A DNA stretch of 64,000 bases from Octopus sinensis (GCF_006345805.1 NC_043002.1:97836001-97900000), one strand, 5' to 3'. Shown: positions 10,681 to 23,752, counted from the stretch's first letter. Notes: a model not told the origin generated them from the sequence alone. Made by a program: numbers and translations.

Positions 10681-13600
10681 TAAGATTCGTCACACCCAAT
10701 GTTCTCTGTTATATTAAATGATATTCAAGTAATTACCCAGAGGGATGACAAACTTGTCATTGATTTTTGCAGAAAGAAGAGAGTTGAGTCAATACTTAAA
10801 CTCTGGAGAAACAATAAACCTTTAAGAAAACAATAATGTAAATTTTAAAAATTATATATGAAAAACATACATATTATACAGAAAACGCTTGAAACAAACC
10901 GAGAACTATTTAAAAAATGAGTCATGCGATAATTCTGCAAAATGCATTAGAAAGATACACGATGGGTGTAAACAGAGTTTCTTTTCTAATTTGATAAAGT
11001 TCAGGGCAACTGCTCCAAAACTAACATTACCATGCTTTGTATTTTTGGGGTATCGCTATCCACCCAATTACACCAGTGAAATAATAAAAAATACACTGGT
11101 CTTTTAAGAGAAAGATAATCAAGGAGTCAAGAACCCTACATCCCTCTCGGTCCTGTTATCTAAGTTTGTGTCACGTGTCAAACGTTAAAGTTTCCCACCT
11201 TCATTTTTGATTTCTTCACTTAAGTACAAGGTACAACCATGAGAATTGTGTAGTTCATGTTTTTGTTAAGATTACCAGCGATGTGTGTGTGTGTGTGTGC
11301 ATGTGTGTGTGTGTGTGTGTTTGTGTGGGTGTGTGTGTGTGTGTGTGAAAGGAACAAATTTCAAACAAAATTACAATCCAGCTCGCAACTTAGCTGACCA
11401 AGTATTTATCTCTGGCTCCGCAGCACCTTCCATCTGAATTTTACACAGCAAAAGTCTATAATTCAAAATTCTGATCAAGTTATTGGGACATCAAATAGTT
11501 TGCGTTGCAGTATTGCTTCTAATTCTCCACGCTCTGAGTTCGAATCCCGCCGAGGTCAGCGTTTCATCCTTTCATGGTCGATAGCAAAATAGAAATCTAG
11601 GGCGGTGAAACAAGAACTCTTTATTTTGAAACTCAGGATAATACGCTAATATAGGTCCCTTGTACCAATCAAACCTATATATGTGTACATATACAAGCAT
11701 AAAACACCTGATGACGATGGCATGTCAAACTGATCGAAATATGATGTAGATGTCAATATTAATTTCTCACATACGCGTTTGAACGGTAGTGGGAAAGATG
11801 CAGTGTATTGTATAGATTCAGTACGTTTATTGATTTTTAGCGATTCTGGAAAGATGAATGTCTGAATTGATCTTAATGGGATTCGAAATTAGAACATAAA
11901 GATCATAATTAGAATTTCTAACATTTTGCCGGTTACTCTGTTGAGTCTGCAATCCACTGTAGATTCAACAGATACATCTACATTAAATATTTGTAGATTT
12001 AAATATTTAATGTAGATGTAAATGAGATAAAAAAAAATGATAATTATCCCTAATTACCACAAATTAATAATGAAATTACGAAGAACTCATCTCAAGCATT
12101 TTGATATTTGATTAATTAAAGAAGCTTGCAATAAAAAAAAAACTCTCCTTCCCAAATAAAGAATTTTAATAAAGAAATCAACTAAAAACAACAAGTAGAA
12201 GCGTAATAACTTTGAACTCAAAAAGATACTTAAACAAAAGTTATGTGTCAAAATTTGAAACCAATATTAAGAAGATACAATCATGTGGCACAGCTATTAG
12301 TTTGTATATGTCGAAGACGGCAAGCTGATAAAAACATTGGCTTAGCGGTATTTTTCTGGTTTTTACGTTCTGAGTTCAAATATCGTCATGGTTGACTTTG
12401 TCTTTCAGCCGTCTGGGTCAGGATAAAATAAGTATGACTTGGACACCGGGGTCAATCTAATCGACTTACCGTCTCTCCACAAATTTCCAGCCATGGGAGG
12501 GGGGGCTCTTGCAGAGCCGGCACGATCGTCAGAGCATCGGAAAAATTACATTTCGGTATTTCTTTCTGAGTTCATATCATTGTGTAGTCAGCCTTTCATT
12601 CTTTCGGGGTCACTAAAATAAAATATTGTTCAAGTATTGCAGTCGATGGTATCGATTATCCATTTTTCTTAAAAATTGCTCGCCTTATGCCTAAATTAGA
12701 AACCGTTGTTTCATCTAACAATAATCCTTTGTCAAACAAACTTACAGTGAAAGTTGTTCCAACCGTTCCCATTCTCTTACTAACTTTTCATAGTTGTATT
12801 CAGGATTGTTTTATCCAGTGTCTGCTTTCATTTTACCAGTACAGTTACGGTGTGATTTGAGGGATAAATAAATAGTGTTTCTAGCATGTTAGGTGACAAT
12901 GTAGCAGCTTCTTCGTTACCATGCATTAATGGTAACTTTATTGTTCGAAACGCATAAGGCGGCGAGCTAGCTGATTCCTAAGGGTGTCATAAAAATTCGT
13001 TATTTACATTTTAATTTAAAATCCCAACAAGTGTCAGCTTGCCTTTCATCATTTAAGGGTCGAAAATACCAGTCAAATACTGAAGTGTATGTAACAGACT
13101 GACCCTTTGCTCCTAAAATTTCTGACCTGGTGCCAAATTGTCAAAAGAATATTGGAGATGCATAAGGTAGCAAGCCTTCAAAGTCCCTGGAGCGTCGTAT
13201 AGTTTTTTGCGCTATTTGTTCCAAGTGGTTCCGTGCCGAGTTAAAATTCCCGTGAGATCAACTGTGTTTTTCCTCATCCAGAGGCCAATAAAATAAAGTA
13301 CGAGACAGGTAGTCGATGGTAACGACTAACTACCGTCATCTAAATTTGTTGGCCATGTACTTAAATCAGATACAATTATTAAAATTGATTTACGTTATGA
13401 GTTCAAATTCTTCCTAGGTCGACTTTTGCTTTACATCCTTATGGTGGTCGATAAGATAAGTAGCAGTTGAGCTCCGGGGCCAATCTAATCGATTTACCCA
13501 CTCCTCTAAAATTGCTGGCTTTGTACCGAAATTTAAAACTATCATTTTAAAGTTGCGTATACAGGACACTTCAATGAAAGAGGTTTCTTATGTTTATCGA

Positions 13601-13855
13601 CACCAGAATAAATTCTTGAAGAACCTTTTCCTTACGAACTATTATTATCATCACTTTTTAAAATTAAAATGCTAATAATATTTGCAAATGGAAATAGCTA
13701 ATACTCCAATCCTCCCTGCTGCGATGTAATATAATTCCCATATATTACGCTTTCATTGATGAATGTCAATGAGAAACGCACCAGCTGCATTTAAAAAGGT
13801 TCCAAGCGTCGTCGCCGTCATGATGATGATGATGATGATGATGATCTTCTCTCTC

Positions 13856-13897
<42 letters not shown>

Positions 13898-14422
13898 CAG
13901 GGATAAATCTTCTCTCTTCGCCCCTTTGCGCCACATGGGCTCAACTCTCCTTCCCACTTCATCTAACCCTCCTGCCCTCTCCTCTCTCCCTCTCACATCT
14001 ACTTCCTCCCACCCACCTCTCCTCTTTTGCTCAAAATCTTACTTCTTCTCTTTACTCCTACCCACCTTCTTTCCCCTTCTCCCTTCATAGTCACCCCTCC
14101 CTCGTAACCCCACCACTACACAATCATACACCGCATCATACACTACTATACCACACAACACCACATCACATCACACCACCACGCACATACTAGCACTGAC
14201 CACTTCCCAGTCCCACACCATCATCCACACACATACACATAAACACATGCATACATCAAGGCCACCAGCCCTCTTCCACACGCACATACATGCTCTCTTA
14301 TACACACGCACGCGCATCCTCGTTTTGGAATCACCACTACTTTATTATTTCCCCTTCTTCCTAGCTCTCCTGTTTGACCCCTCTGTCCGGCATTCGTCAT
14401 GATAGATCGCGAGCCACTACAC

Positions 14423-14586
14423 ATTTTTATTTTCTCTCCTTGTTTCTTTCTGTGTTCCTTTCTGTGGAGGAGCATAGGCTCGAAACGTTAAAGACTTTTT
14501 TCAATTCCCGAGTGTTAAACTAATACATCTGTTTGTTGTCTACACCACCTGTCTTCGTCTTTTGTCTTTTGTTTTGTGAATTCTCC

Positions 14587-14588
<2 letters not shown>
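14423..14588 (+). mobile_element. Short hammerhead-motif element (family HC)
   Basis: 14458-14493: CTTT-CTGTGGA-G-GAGC-ATAG-GCTC-GAAA-CGTT-AAAG; homologous to 35820-35958 and 57720-57880; followed directly by (ATCT)n. Confidence 0.65.
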
Positions 14589-14674
<86 letters not shown>

Positions 14675-14680
14675 ACATAC

Positions 14681-14731
<51 letters not shown>

Positions 14732-14950
14732 CATATATACATACATATATATTCATACACTTAAAAGCGCTCTCTCTTTCTCTCTCGCTCTCTCTCCCCG
14801 TCTCTCTCACACTCACATAATACACTCACATAATACTTACTCATTACTATGTACACATTTCTAATTTAAAAAAAAATAATTTCTGATCATAATACCATCA
14901 ACAATTCTTCTTTCGCACTAATACAACTAATCAAATTAATAATAGTAATC

Positions 14951-15156
14951 CCTTCTTCTATAGGTACAAGGCCTGAAAATTTCGTTGGCTGGGGACTAGT
15001 CAATTACATAAACCCCAGTATTACTTATTTCATCGACTCCGAAAGGATAAAAGGCAAAGTCGATCACGGCAGGATTTGAACTCAGAACGTAAGAACGGAA
15101 AAAAAATGCTGCGAAGTATTTTCCCGGCGTGCTAACGATTCTGCCAGTTCGCCTCC
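14951..15156 (-). mobile_element. SINE family M
   Basis: Reverse-complement match to family M head, B box and core. Confidence 0.8.
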
Positions 15157-15159
15157 TTC

Positions 15160-15318
15160 CTTTTTCTCTTTGTCTTTCTTCCTCCTTTTCTCTACCACAT
15201 GAACAATCTGGTGCGTTTATTTTAATTGTCAACCAATGTATACCGTATGTTTCTCTGCCCTAGGTGTGAGGAAGACACTCGGCAAGAAATGAAAAAGGAA
15301 TTGAAAGAAGATGCTAAT
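15160..15318 (+). mobile_element. 3'-UTR remnant of an R4/Dong-like LINE (same 3'-UTR type as the 36321-39222 copy)
   Basis: Matches about 39065-39222 (TGTCTTTCTT..CTTTT.CTCTA.CACATGA..ACAATCTGGTG.GTTTATTTTAAT) and the shared terminal motif GGAAGACACTCGGCAAGAAATG. Confidence 0.8.
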
Positions 15319-15319
15319 G

Positions 15320-15374
<55 letters not shown>
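15319..15374 (+). repeat. (AAT)n tract between two stacked Dong-like elements
   Basis: Seen directly. Confidence 0.95.
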
Positions 15375-15375
<1 letters not shown>

Positions 15376-15424
15376 TCTACAGAGAAATAGGGAAGGAGAA
15401 AGTAACCGTTAAAGACCCCCTCCC

Positions 15425-15790
15425 ATGGAAGAAGTTCAAAACTTTTGGAAAAGGATTTGGAGTGACAAGAAGTCGTACAACATAAATGCAGACTGGATTA
15501 TACAAACTGAAGGATCCTACCAAAATTTACAACAACAAGCATGGGAAGACATCACAATAGCAGACCTAAGAAAGGCACTCACGAAGGCCCATAATTGGAA
15601 ATCCCCCGGTAAAGATAGGGTGCCGAATTTCTGGCTCGCATCGCTCCCATGCGCACACGGTAAGCTAGTTCAGCTGCTCAATGGAATTATGAGAGACCCA
15701 AAGAAAACACCTGAATGGTTAGCAAGTGGCATTACTTACCTACTCCCAAAGAATAACGAAACCAACCTTGCAAAAACTATCGGCCTATAA
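15425..15790 (+). pseudogene. Upstream frameshifted piece of the Dong-like ORF (pre-RT region)
   Basis: NWKSPGKDRVPNFW..L ... PEWLASGITYLLPK is the RT N-terminal block. The next motif, KNYRPITCL, is shifted out of frame near 15770 (one A missing), and a further indel lies near 15820. Confidence 0.85.
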
Positions 15791-15821
15791 CCTGTCTATC
15801 CACCACGTATAAAATCCTATC

Positions 15822-17846
15822 TTGGCGGAGAAAACATATGCATTCATGGAGAAGAACGATATTTTCCCCATTGAACAAAAAGGGTGCCGCCGAGGCTCTT
15901 ACGGATGCAAAGATCAACTGCTAATCAATCGTATGATCCTTGAGAACTGTCACAACAAGCGCCGAAATCTCAGCACCGCATGGATTGACTATAAAAAGGC
16001 CTTCGACAGTATACCGCATCCATGGATCTTGAGATCGCTGGACATCTTCAAAAGTTCCCCTGTGATTTCAAACTTCCTGAAGCACAATATGTCGTTGTGG
16101 AATACGAATCTCCAATTATACCACTCTAATGGAGTACTTGCCTCAGAAAATATAAACATCAACTGTGGAATTTTTCAAGGTGACTCACTTTCACCTTTAA
16201 TATTCTGCATAGCCCTAATACCCCTTACAAATGAATTAAACAGAACAGGGTATGGGTATAAAATCGCCAATAAAAAAATAAGCCATCTATTTTATATGGA
16301 TGACTTAAAACTTTATGGTAAAGATAATGATGAACTTGAAGGCCTATTGCGCACCGTGAAAGCATTCAGCGATGACATCGGGATGGAGTTTGGACTTGAG
16401 AAGTGTGCCAAGGCCACTTTCCAGAAAGGGAAAGTGAAGACCACAAATTCAGTCGTGTTAGATATTGACACAGTCATAAGAGAGCTTGAGCAAGAACAAA
16501 CATACAAATATTTAGGGATAAATGAAGGCTCTGGTATTCAGCATGCAAGCATGAAAGAGAAGATCAGGAAGGAATGTTATAGGAGAGTTCGTGCAGTCCT
16601 GAAATCTGAACTAAATGCACGTAACAAGGTGTTAGCTATAAATTCCTTAGCAGTTCCAGTTGTTACTTATAGCTACAATGTGTTGAACTGGAATATGAGT
16701 GAAGTAAAGAATATAGATAGGAAAATACGCAAGCTGCTGAGTTGTAATAGGATGCACCACCCAAAGGCAGACGTAGATCGCCTTTACCTTCCCAGAGCCC
16801 AAGGAGGTCGAGGCCTGATCCAATTTGAACTAGCTTACAAAACAACCACAATTGGACTGGCCAAATATCTCGAAATATCGAATGACTGGATGCTAAAGCT
16901 CGTGGAAAATCACGAGAGACGAAAGAAGCTTCATTCTATCATAAAGGAAAGCAAAAAATTTTTTATTGATCTCGTGCAGGATACCCAAACTGAACAACCC
17001 GAGGGAAGTACGGCAACTATTGTTGCAAAGAAGGTGAAAATGATGGCAATGAAAAAAGCGCACGAGCAATTGGCTGATAGGTGGGAGGAGAAACCTCTGC
17101 ACAGCAAATATGTGACCCGCAGCAAACAAGCTGATGTTGACCAGAAGCAAACCCATCAGTGGCTACGGAGCTCAGGGCTAAAAGCAGAGAGCGAAGGTTT
17201 CATCCTGGCTGCTCAAGATCAAAGCCTATTAACCCGGAACTACCAGGCCAATGTGATGAAAAATGGAGCAGACCCAAAATGCCGATTCTGCAACGACATG
17301 ATTGAAACAGTGGACCACCTAATCTCTGGATGTAAAGTCTTAGCACCAGTGGAGTATAAATTAAGACATGACAGAGTTGGCCAATATCTCCACTGGCTAA
17401 TAAGTCGGCATTACAATATCAAAACTGCCGACAAGTGGTATAATCACCACCCTGAGGCTGTAACTGAAGGAGAAAATGTAACCATTCTGTGGGACTTTCC
17501 AGTACATACAGACCGAACCATCAAGGCCAATAAACCAGATATTGTTGTGAAAGACCAAAACAATAAAGTTTGCTTATTGATCGACATGAGCATCCCCTGT
17601 GATCATAATATCTCAGCGAAAGAGTTTGACAAGCTCAGAAAATATAAAGACCTACTCATTGAAATTGAGAAAATGTGGCATCTCAAGGCGGTTACAATAC
17701 CAGTGATCGTAGGAGCACTAGGAATGATCAAGAAGGGAACCGAAAATTATATGAGAATGATCCCTGGCTTACCATCCCTGCAAGAAGTGCAAAAGATTGT
17801 CTTAACTGGTACATCACACGTATTGAGAAGAGCATTGTCGATGTGA
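15822..17846 (+). CDS. Reverse transcriptase plus C-terminal CCHC and restriction-like endonuclease of an R4/Dong-type LINE (674 aa open, lacks N-terminus)
   Basis: EQKGC, AWIDYKKAFDSIPH, GIFQGDSLSP, HLFYMDDLKLY, GMEFGLEKC, YKYLG; then CRFCNDMIETVDHLISGC, RHD, KPDIVV..LIDMSIP..KEFDKLRKY. The copy is not autonomous because of truncation and upstream frameshifts. Confidence 0.9.
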   Translation: MAEKTYAFMEKNDIFPIEQKGCRRGSYGCKDQLLINRMILENCHNKRRNLSTAWIDYKKAFDSIPHPWILRSLDIFKSSPVISNFLKHNMSLWNTNLQLYHSNGVLASENININCGIFQGDSLSPLIFCIALIPLTNELNRTGYGYKIANKKISHLFYMDDLKLYGKDNDELEGLLRTVKAFSDDIGMEFGLEKCAKATFQKGKVKTTNSVVLDIDTVIRELEQEQTYKYLGINEGSGIQHASMKEKIRKECYRRVRAVLKSELNARNKVLAINSLAVPVVTYSYNVLNWNMSEVKNIDRKIRKLLSCNRMHHPKADVDRLYLPRAQGGRGLIQFELAYKTTTIGLAKYLEISNDWMLKLVENHERRKKLHSIIKESKKFFIDLVQDTQTEQPEGSTATIVAKKVKMMAMKKAHEQLADRWEEKPLHSKYVTRSKQADVDQKQTHQWLRSSGLKAESEGFILAAQDQSLLTRNYQANVMKNGADPKCRFCNDMIETVDHLISGCKVLAPVEYKLRHDRVGQYLHWLISRHYNIKTADKWYNHHPEAVTEGENVTILWDFPVHTDRTIKANKPDIVVKDQNNKVCLLIDMSIPCDHNISAKEFDKLRKYKDLLIEIEKMWHLKAVTIPVIVGALGMIKKGTENYMRMIPGLPSLQEVQKIVLTGTSHVLRRALSM

Positions 17847-18825
17847 GAACTGTTGCTGTTCATGTATTTTAATTTAACTTAAAAAAAAAAAAAAAAAAAA
17901 ATGAACGAACTATTGAGTTTGGTTTAATGGCCTTCCAATGTATACTATGAGTTTCTTTGCCCTAGGAGTCGGGAAGACACTCGGCAAGAAATGGAAGCAA
18001 ATTTGAAAGAAGAGAAAAAAAAGTAATAATGATAATAATAATAATAAATGCATAGATAAAATAGTTCTCTACATCTCTTTTTCTTCATCTCTACTTATCT
18101 CTCCTTCTTCCTGCCTCTGTTAGTCTGTTTTACTTCTTCAGTCTCTTCCTTTTTCGCTTTTCTGTCTCGAATTGGGCCTAAGGGTTTATTAAATTAATAT
18201 TTCACAATCCAAAACTGACCCAATTTTCTTAAGAAATTACAACAACAAATAGAAAATAGTTCCTGTCCTTTTAAAAGTCATTGAACCCCTCCTTACCCCC
18301 ACACTCCATTGAACTAAAACAACAACAAAAAGAAAATAACAAATAACAAAAACAACAACAACAGAAAAGCATGAAAGAAACAAAATATAAAAGAAACAAA
18401 TTAAAAGGAAAACGGATATAAAAGAAGGAAAAAAAAACGAAATCTGCACTGAGAGGGGTTGCTCTTTAAATATTAACGAGATTGCTTTTAGTGAATGGTA
18501 GAATTGATGTGGTTTCAAACAACACTCGCACTAGCACGGTGACAAACACATTTACACATATACACAACACCAAAATAATATACATACATACATACATACA
18601 TACATACATACATACATACATACACATACATACATACATACATACATATATACATACATACATACATACATATATATACATACATACATATATATATATT
18701 TGAGTAGTTGAATGAATTATCTTATTATGGATAATTCGGTTAACCGATACCTGGGTAGCAAATTCACGTCAGAAAAACACGGTTGAAGCTACATGCCAAA
18801 GGCACGTAAACACAAAAATACATAC

Positions 18826-18875
<50 letters not shown>

Positions 18876-19051
18876 TAAGTATGTACGAGTGTAAGTACAG
18901 ATACGCATACATATAAATAATGTAACATTATGCAAACATGTAATGTATGCATGTGTATCTATGTTCATGTTATGTGTGCCTATATGTTCGTGTGTGTAAA
19001 AAGTATGCGTTTATACTTACACACACACATACATGTATATACAGTATATAT

Positions 19052-19150
<99 letters not shown>

Positions 19151-19192
19151 TCATAATATATACGTTCATATATATGTGCATAAACATATATA

Positions 19193-19245
<53 letters not shown>

Positions 19246-19974
19246 TATGTATTTTACAAATTTTGACAATGAAATTCAATTTTCATTGGCCAACTCAACG
19301 AAACCGTATCACAGCATTTTCTCAAACCTCTTCAACTGAACTCCATTCTGCGGATGTCGCAGAAGAATAATGTCGTTCGGCTCTGGCATTTTGTCTACAT
19401 GACTTTTTTTTTGTTTTATATACGTTTTTCTAATTTTATTTATTTACTTATTTAAACTCATATTATTTATTTCATTTTTCTCTTTATCTTATGTATTATT
19501 GTTTTTTTAATTTATTTATTTATATTTTGTTTTCAGCTTTCTTCTCGAAAAACAAATACATAACGACGCCAGTTGTGAAATGGGTAAGTAGAAATGTAAA
19601 TAGACGTCGTCTCGTTAGTTTGCTGTGTATAAAGAGATTAACTTTATCTAGTCTCTCGTATCCCCCGATGAGGGTATCGGGTTGACGAGATTCATTTAAT
19701 GATCTTAGCTTATAGCTACATTGTTTAACATGTACAACATGCAAAATGTACATACAATACAAAATCCTTTGTTAGGTGTTTAGATTTATATATTCGTATA
19801 TTTGTGTATATTGAAATATTTACTTAATTTTTCTTTTTCTGAACAACGTTGGTTTTGAGGAGGCAAAGTGTATATCAGCTTAGCGTTAGGGTTCAAGAGT
19901 GTTAAACAAATGAGGGAAGTAATTTTTTTGTATTTATTTATCTAAAGAAACTGGCATGAGTATCAAGACATTGT

Positions 19975-20362
19975 GGATGGGAAGCACTCCGTCGGTTACG
20001 ACGACGAGGGTTCCGGTTGATACGAATCAACGGAACAGCCTGCTCGTGAAATTAACGTGTAAGTGGCTGAGCACTCCACAGACACGTGTACCCTTAACGT
20101 AGTTCTCGGGGATATTCAGCGTGACACAGAGAGTGACAAGGCCGGCCCTTTGAAATACAGGTACAAAAGAAACATGAAGTAAGAGTGAGAGAAAGTTGTT
20201 GTGAAAGAGTACAGCAGGGATCACCACCATCCCCTGCCGGAGCCTCGTGGAGCTTTAGGTGTTTTCGCTCAATAAACACTCACAACGCCCGGTCTGGGAA
20301 TCGAAACCGCGATCCTATGACCGCGAGTCCGCTGCCCTAACCACTGGGCCACTGCGCCTCCA
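19975..20362 (-). mobile_element. tRNA-Arg-like SINE family A, full length
   Basis: tRNA head with CTCGCGG loop (TCG anticodon-like) and GTTTCGATTCCC B box; TSD CAAGACATTGT at 19964-19974 and 20367-20377. Confidence 0.9.
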
Positions 20363-20404
20363 TCACCAAGACATTGTAATTACTCTAGCGCCTGACAGCT
20401 TTCA

Positions 20405-21352
20405 GTCGTCACAAGCAGAATTTGATTTCACCGTGCTGAATCTTTCAACTGCTACATTAAACAATTAACAATCAATCAGTACAGTATTCCACAACAGAGC
20501 ACTTGTCTTCATATAATAATAATAATTAATTTTTTCTCTTATCGATGTTGAAACAAAAAATGACACGAGTGAGCTATCAGGGTTACAGCATCAGACGATG
20601 GTTTCCAATATCGATTCTGGTTTCTTTGTGTTCTGACAGCAACACCGACAGTGTGGAGATGCAATGGTCCAGTGGTTAGGGCAGCGGACTCGCGGTCGTA
20701 AGGACGCGGTTTCGATTCCCAGACCGGGCATTGTGAGTGTTTATTGAGCGAAAACACCTAAAGCTCCACGAGGCTCCGGCGTAGGGTAGTGGTGAACGCT
20801 GCTGTACTCTTTTACCACAACTTTCTCTCACTCTTTCTTCCTAATTCTGCCACAAAGCAGAGGAACCATGGTGTAACCCACTATGGTGTGGTAAACTTTC
20901 AGACTCTAGTCTAGATTGCGAATCCTCTGTACCCCAGAATGGTTCAGCTTTCCACCCGTTAAAAATCACCGTTTACGGAATGAAGATAACAACGTAGCTT
21001 TCACGCCCGTGCAACCACCAGTCTATCGCGTGTGGTAGGTGGATCTTCAAGTTGCCACACGCATTCTTACTAGCTTAGAGTAGGCTCGAATTAGAGATTA
21101 TTCTTTGGGGCTAATGGCGTGAGTCCTGATAGGAAGAAGAAGAAGACACCTACAGTAACATTTGTACTAAGCTGCTCTCCGTCGACACAAGCAGAATTTG
21201 AATTCTTAGTGTGCTGACTCTTTCAACCGCTTGCGACATTAAACAATCAATCTGTACAATATTCCACAACAGAGTACTTATCTTCATATAATAATCAATC
21301 TATTTCTGATCGATAGTAAAACAGGAAATGGTCCAAGAGAGCAATCAGGGTT
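20405..21352 (+). repeat. Diverged ~180-bp direct duplication (20405-20585 and 21181-21352)
   Basis: Both read GTCG.CACAAGCAGAATTTGA..TC..GTGCTGA.TCTTTCAAC.GCT..ACATTAAACAAT..ATTCCACAACAGAG.ACTT.TCTTCATATAATAAT. Confidence 0.85.
20653..20841 (+). mobile_element. SINE family A, 3'-truncated
   Basis: Head and central region match 24554-24957. Confidence 0.85.
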
Positions 21353-21530
21353 TCGAGGAAGAACTATAAGTTTTTCGGCCTTAACGGTAAGATTAATCTT
21401 GAAACGTACATTTAGTTATGTAATTCGTTGACTTTGAGGGTTTTAATTGCATGTTGCCCAATTACATGTTGTCCAAAGCCTACTTCCTAGATGTGAGCAA
21501 TAATTATATCTTTGTTCAAAGAGAACACGA

Positions 21531-21589
21531 TCGTCATATTTTCGATCAGTGAATGTGCGCCATACATTCACCAATCGAAAATATGACGA
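21531..21589. other. 59-nt near-perfect hairpin
   Basis: The 5' arm (26 nt) matches the reverse complement of the 3' arm at 24/26 positions; loop GCGCCAT. Confidence 0.85.
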
Positions 21590-22549
21590 ATTGGTAGATT
21601 TGTTAGAACATCGGACAGAACTTGTATCTAGGGAGGATCATTACACCAATAATAATAAACACACGCTCTGGTTCAATTTCACACCTACATAGTTAGTCAA
21701 CTGGTTATGTTAGTCATATAACCAACTAACTAATCGATCGTTTGTTTAATCTGTCAATCACTTGTCATTAATGTTGTCGCGAATGGTAATGAAAGGACTT
21801 TGACAAACACCTGATTGATTGTTTAACCCTAGTTACAACAAAATGTGTTTCAACACCAAAGTTGAATGTTCACATCAAGAATCCTGAAAATCAATACGAA
21901 ACGAAATCAGATAGAACATTTCTCGTTATCGTTCCGACTTTTAGGGCTCCGTGTTCAAATCTCGCCAAGATCCACTTTTACGTACCAATACAGGGCAGTA
22001 GATTAGCAAAAGTGTTATAGCGTCAGACGAAGGTTTGAAGTATCAGTTCTGACTTCTTGTTGTTCTGACTGATACAGTAGCATCTCTACCAGGGTGTATC
22101 GGTCTTGCCATTCTCTTGGACATCATCAGTGGCGTAGAGTGGGGAGGCTTGCATTCATGGGTAACAGCGAGTTTTCCACAAAATACCTTGCTTACACATG
22201 CACTTTGGAGAAAAACTCTCCAGTTGCAGAAAACCCTTGGCCAGCCATGACTGAAGATGACCCAAAATGTGGAAGATTTCGGAGAAACGAAGAGTGGTAG
22301 CGTCTACATAGATGTGAGTGTTATTAGAAGAGATTGCATGTAGGCCGTTATTGCAAGAAGAAAGAGAGTGAGAAATTATATCTGAACCTGAGGAGCGAAT
22401 CAAATTTGTTAGAACATGGGTTAGAGGGATCGTTTGCAGCGATTGGTGTAATGGTGACGTATGAGAAGTTTCCAATATAAGAATAAGAGACGAATAAATC
22501 TATTGTAAGGATGAATTACTAAGAGGTTATAAGATGTGGTTAAATTGGT

Positions 22550-22857
22550 AAAGACCCCTTTCGGTCACGAATGACTATGAGATTGCATCTAGAAAGTTCC
22601 CCTCCGAGGTATAAGTCCGCGCAAGGTTGTTTGTGGAAGACCAGAAATCACCCACCGATGTTGTCCAAGGGAAAGGCAAAGGGCCGATGCAGCGTGACAC
22701 CAGTGACATCACACTTCATTTCCTCACCTGAGTGAACTGGAGTAACGGGAAATAAAGTGTCTTGCTCAAGAACACAACACACAGCCCAGTCCGGGAATCG
22801 AACACACAACTTCACAATTGTAATCCCGACGCTCTAACCACTAAGCTACGCGCCTTC
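22550..22857 (-). mobile_element. tRNA/CORE-like SINE (family F)
   Basis: Minus strand GGCGCGTAGCTTAGTGGTTAGAGCG..GTTCGATTCCCGG..TGTTCTTGAGCAAGACACTT; head shared with 61995-62318. Confidence 0.75.
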
Positions 22858-23752
22858 GCTATACACGATTAAAGACTTTGCTGATATAAAATGTAACGTC
22901 ATTACTTCTATCGGAAACACAAAAGAGTGTTAAACAAGGTAATTCCGCAATCATCTCCAGCCGACATACAACCAGTTTCTTGCATTTCTGGTATGGCTAC
23001 AAACAAACATCCTGGTTACTCGCCAGCAATCAATACATTTTACCTACTTCCTTGATACACATTTATGGTGTCTTGATCTTCAAAACTTTTTATTGTCCTT
23101 GATGCAAAAATGATCTTGCAACTTTACTTCTATAAGGATTTCCCTCCGCCTTCTCTCAAATCTCGGAGCGGAAATATCAGTGTCAGACTGTTCCCGCAGA
23201 ATATGGGCCTTCGAAATGCTCTCGAAATCTCTTTCTGTTAACTCTGCAGTAGACGAGGGCTCGGTTATATATGCCACAATTTTCCTGACAGAAAATATCG
23301 GGACTTGAGAGATAGAGACAAGGATAGATGGTTTGATAGATAGATCGATTGACATTGAGAAAGTGACAGAGAGAGTAAAAAAGAGAGATAAGGAGAAATA
23401 GGGAAAAAGAGAGAGTAAGAAAGAGATGGCTAATAGAGAGCTAGAGAGGGAGTAAGAAAGTGAGAGATAAGGGGAGGTAGGGAGAGAGAAAGACTGTGTG
23501 CTTGTAAGCCATTAAAACATATCGTATTCTATTTTAGTCAGTGACCTTTCCTTTGAATAAGCATCGGTGGCGTAGAGAAAGAGAGGGATTTGAATGCATG
23601 GCTAACTGCCAGTCTACCTCCAAAAATGTTGTCTGGCCCCTGCAACAACCTGAAGTGACGGATGCCCTTATATTCTACTTTAAAACCTTTGATTTTAGAG
23701 ATACAAATCGATCCCTATGATATCAATATACAAGTCTGTAATACCAATAATA

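Larger units (their letters stand above)
15374..18023 (+). mobile_element. R4/Dong-clade non-LTR retrotransposon, 5'-truncated, relatively young
   Basis: RT and REL-endonuclease coding sequence plus 3' UTR, flanked 5' by (AAT)n and 3' by (TAA)n (18024-18047). Dong elements are known to target TAA microsatellites. Confidence 0.85.

Noticed and set aside
19270-19420. Protein-looking short frame ([25 protein letters not shown]..)
   Set aside because: No recognisable motif and no convincing splice sites.
19652-19690. Small hairpin TCTCGT..CCCGAT-GAGGGT-ATCGGG..ACGAGA containing CCGATGA
   Set aside because: No GAAA partner; a short hairpin of this kind is expected by chance in 64 kb.
22245-22295. 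CTGAAGA ... GAAAC as another hammerhead
   Set aside because: No stem II, stem I or NUH can be formed.
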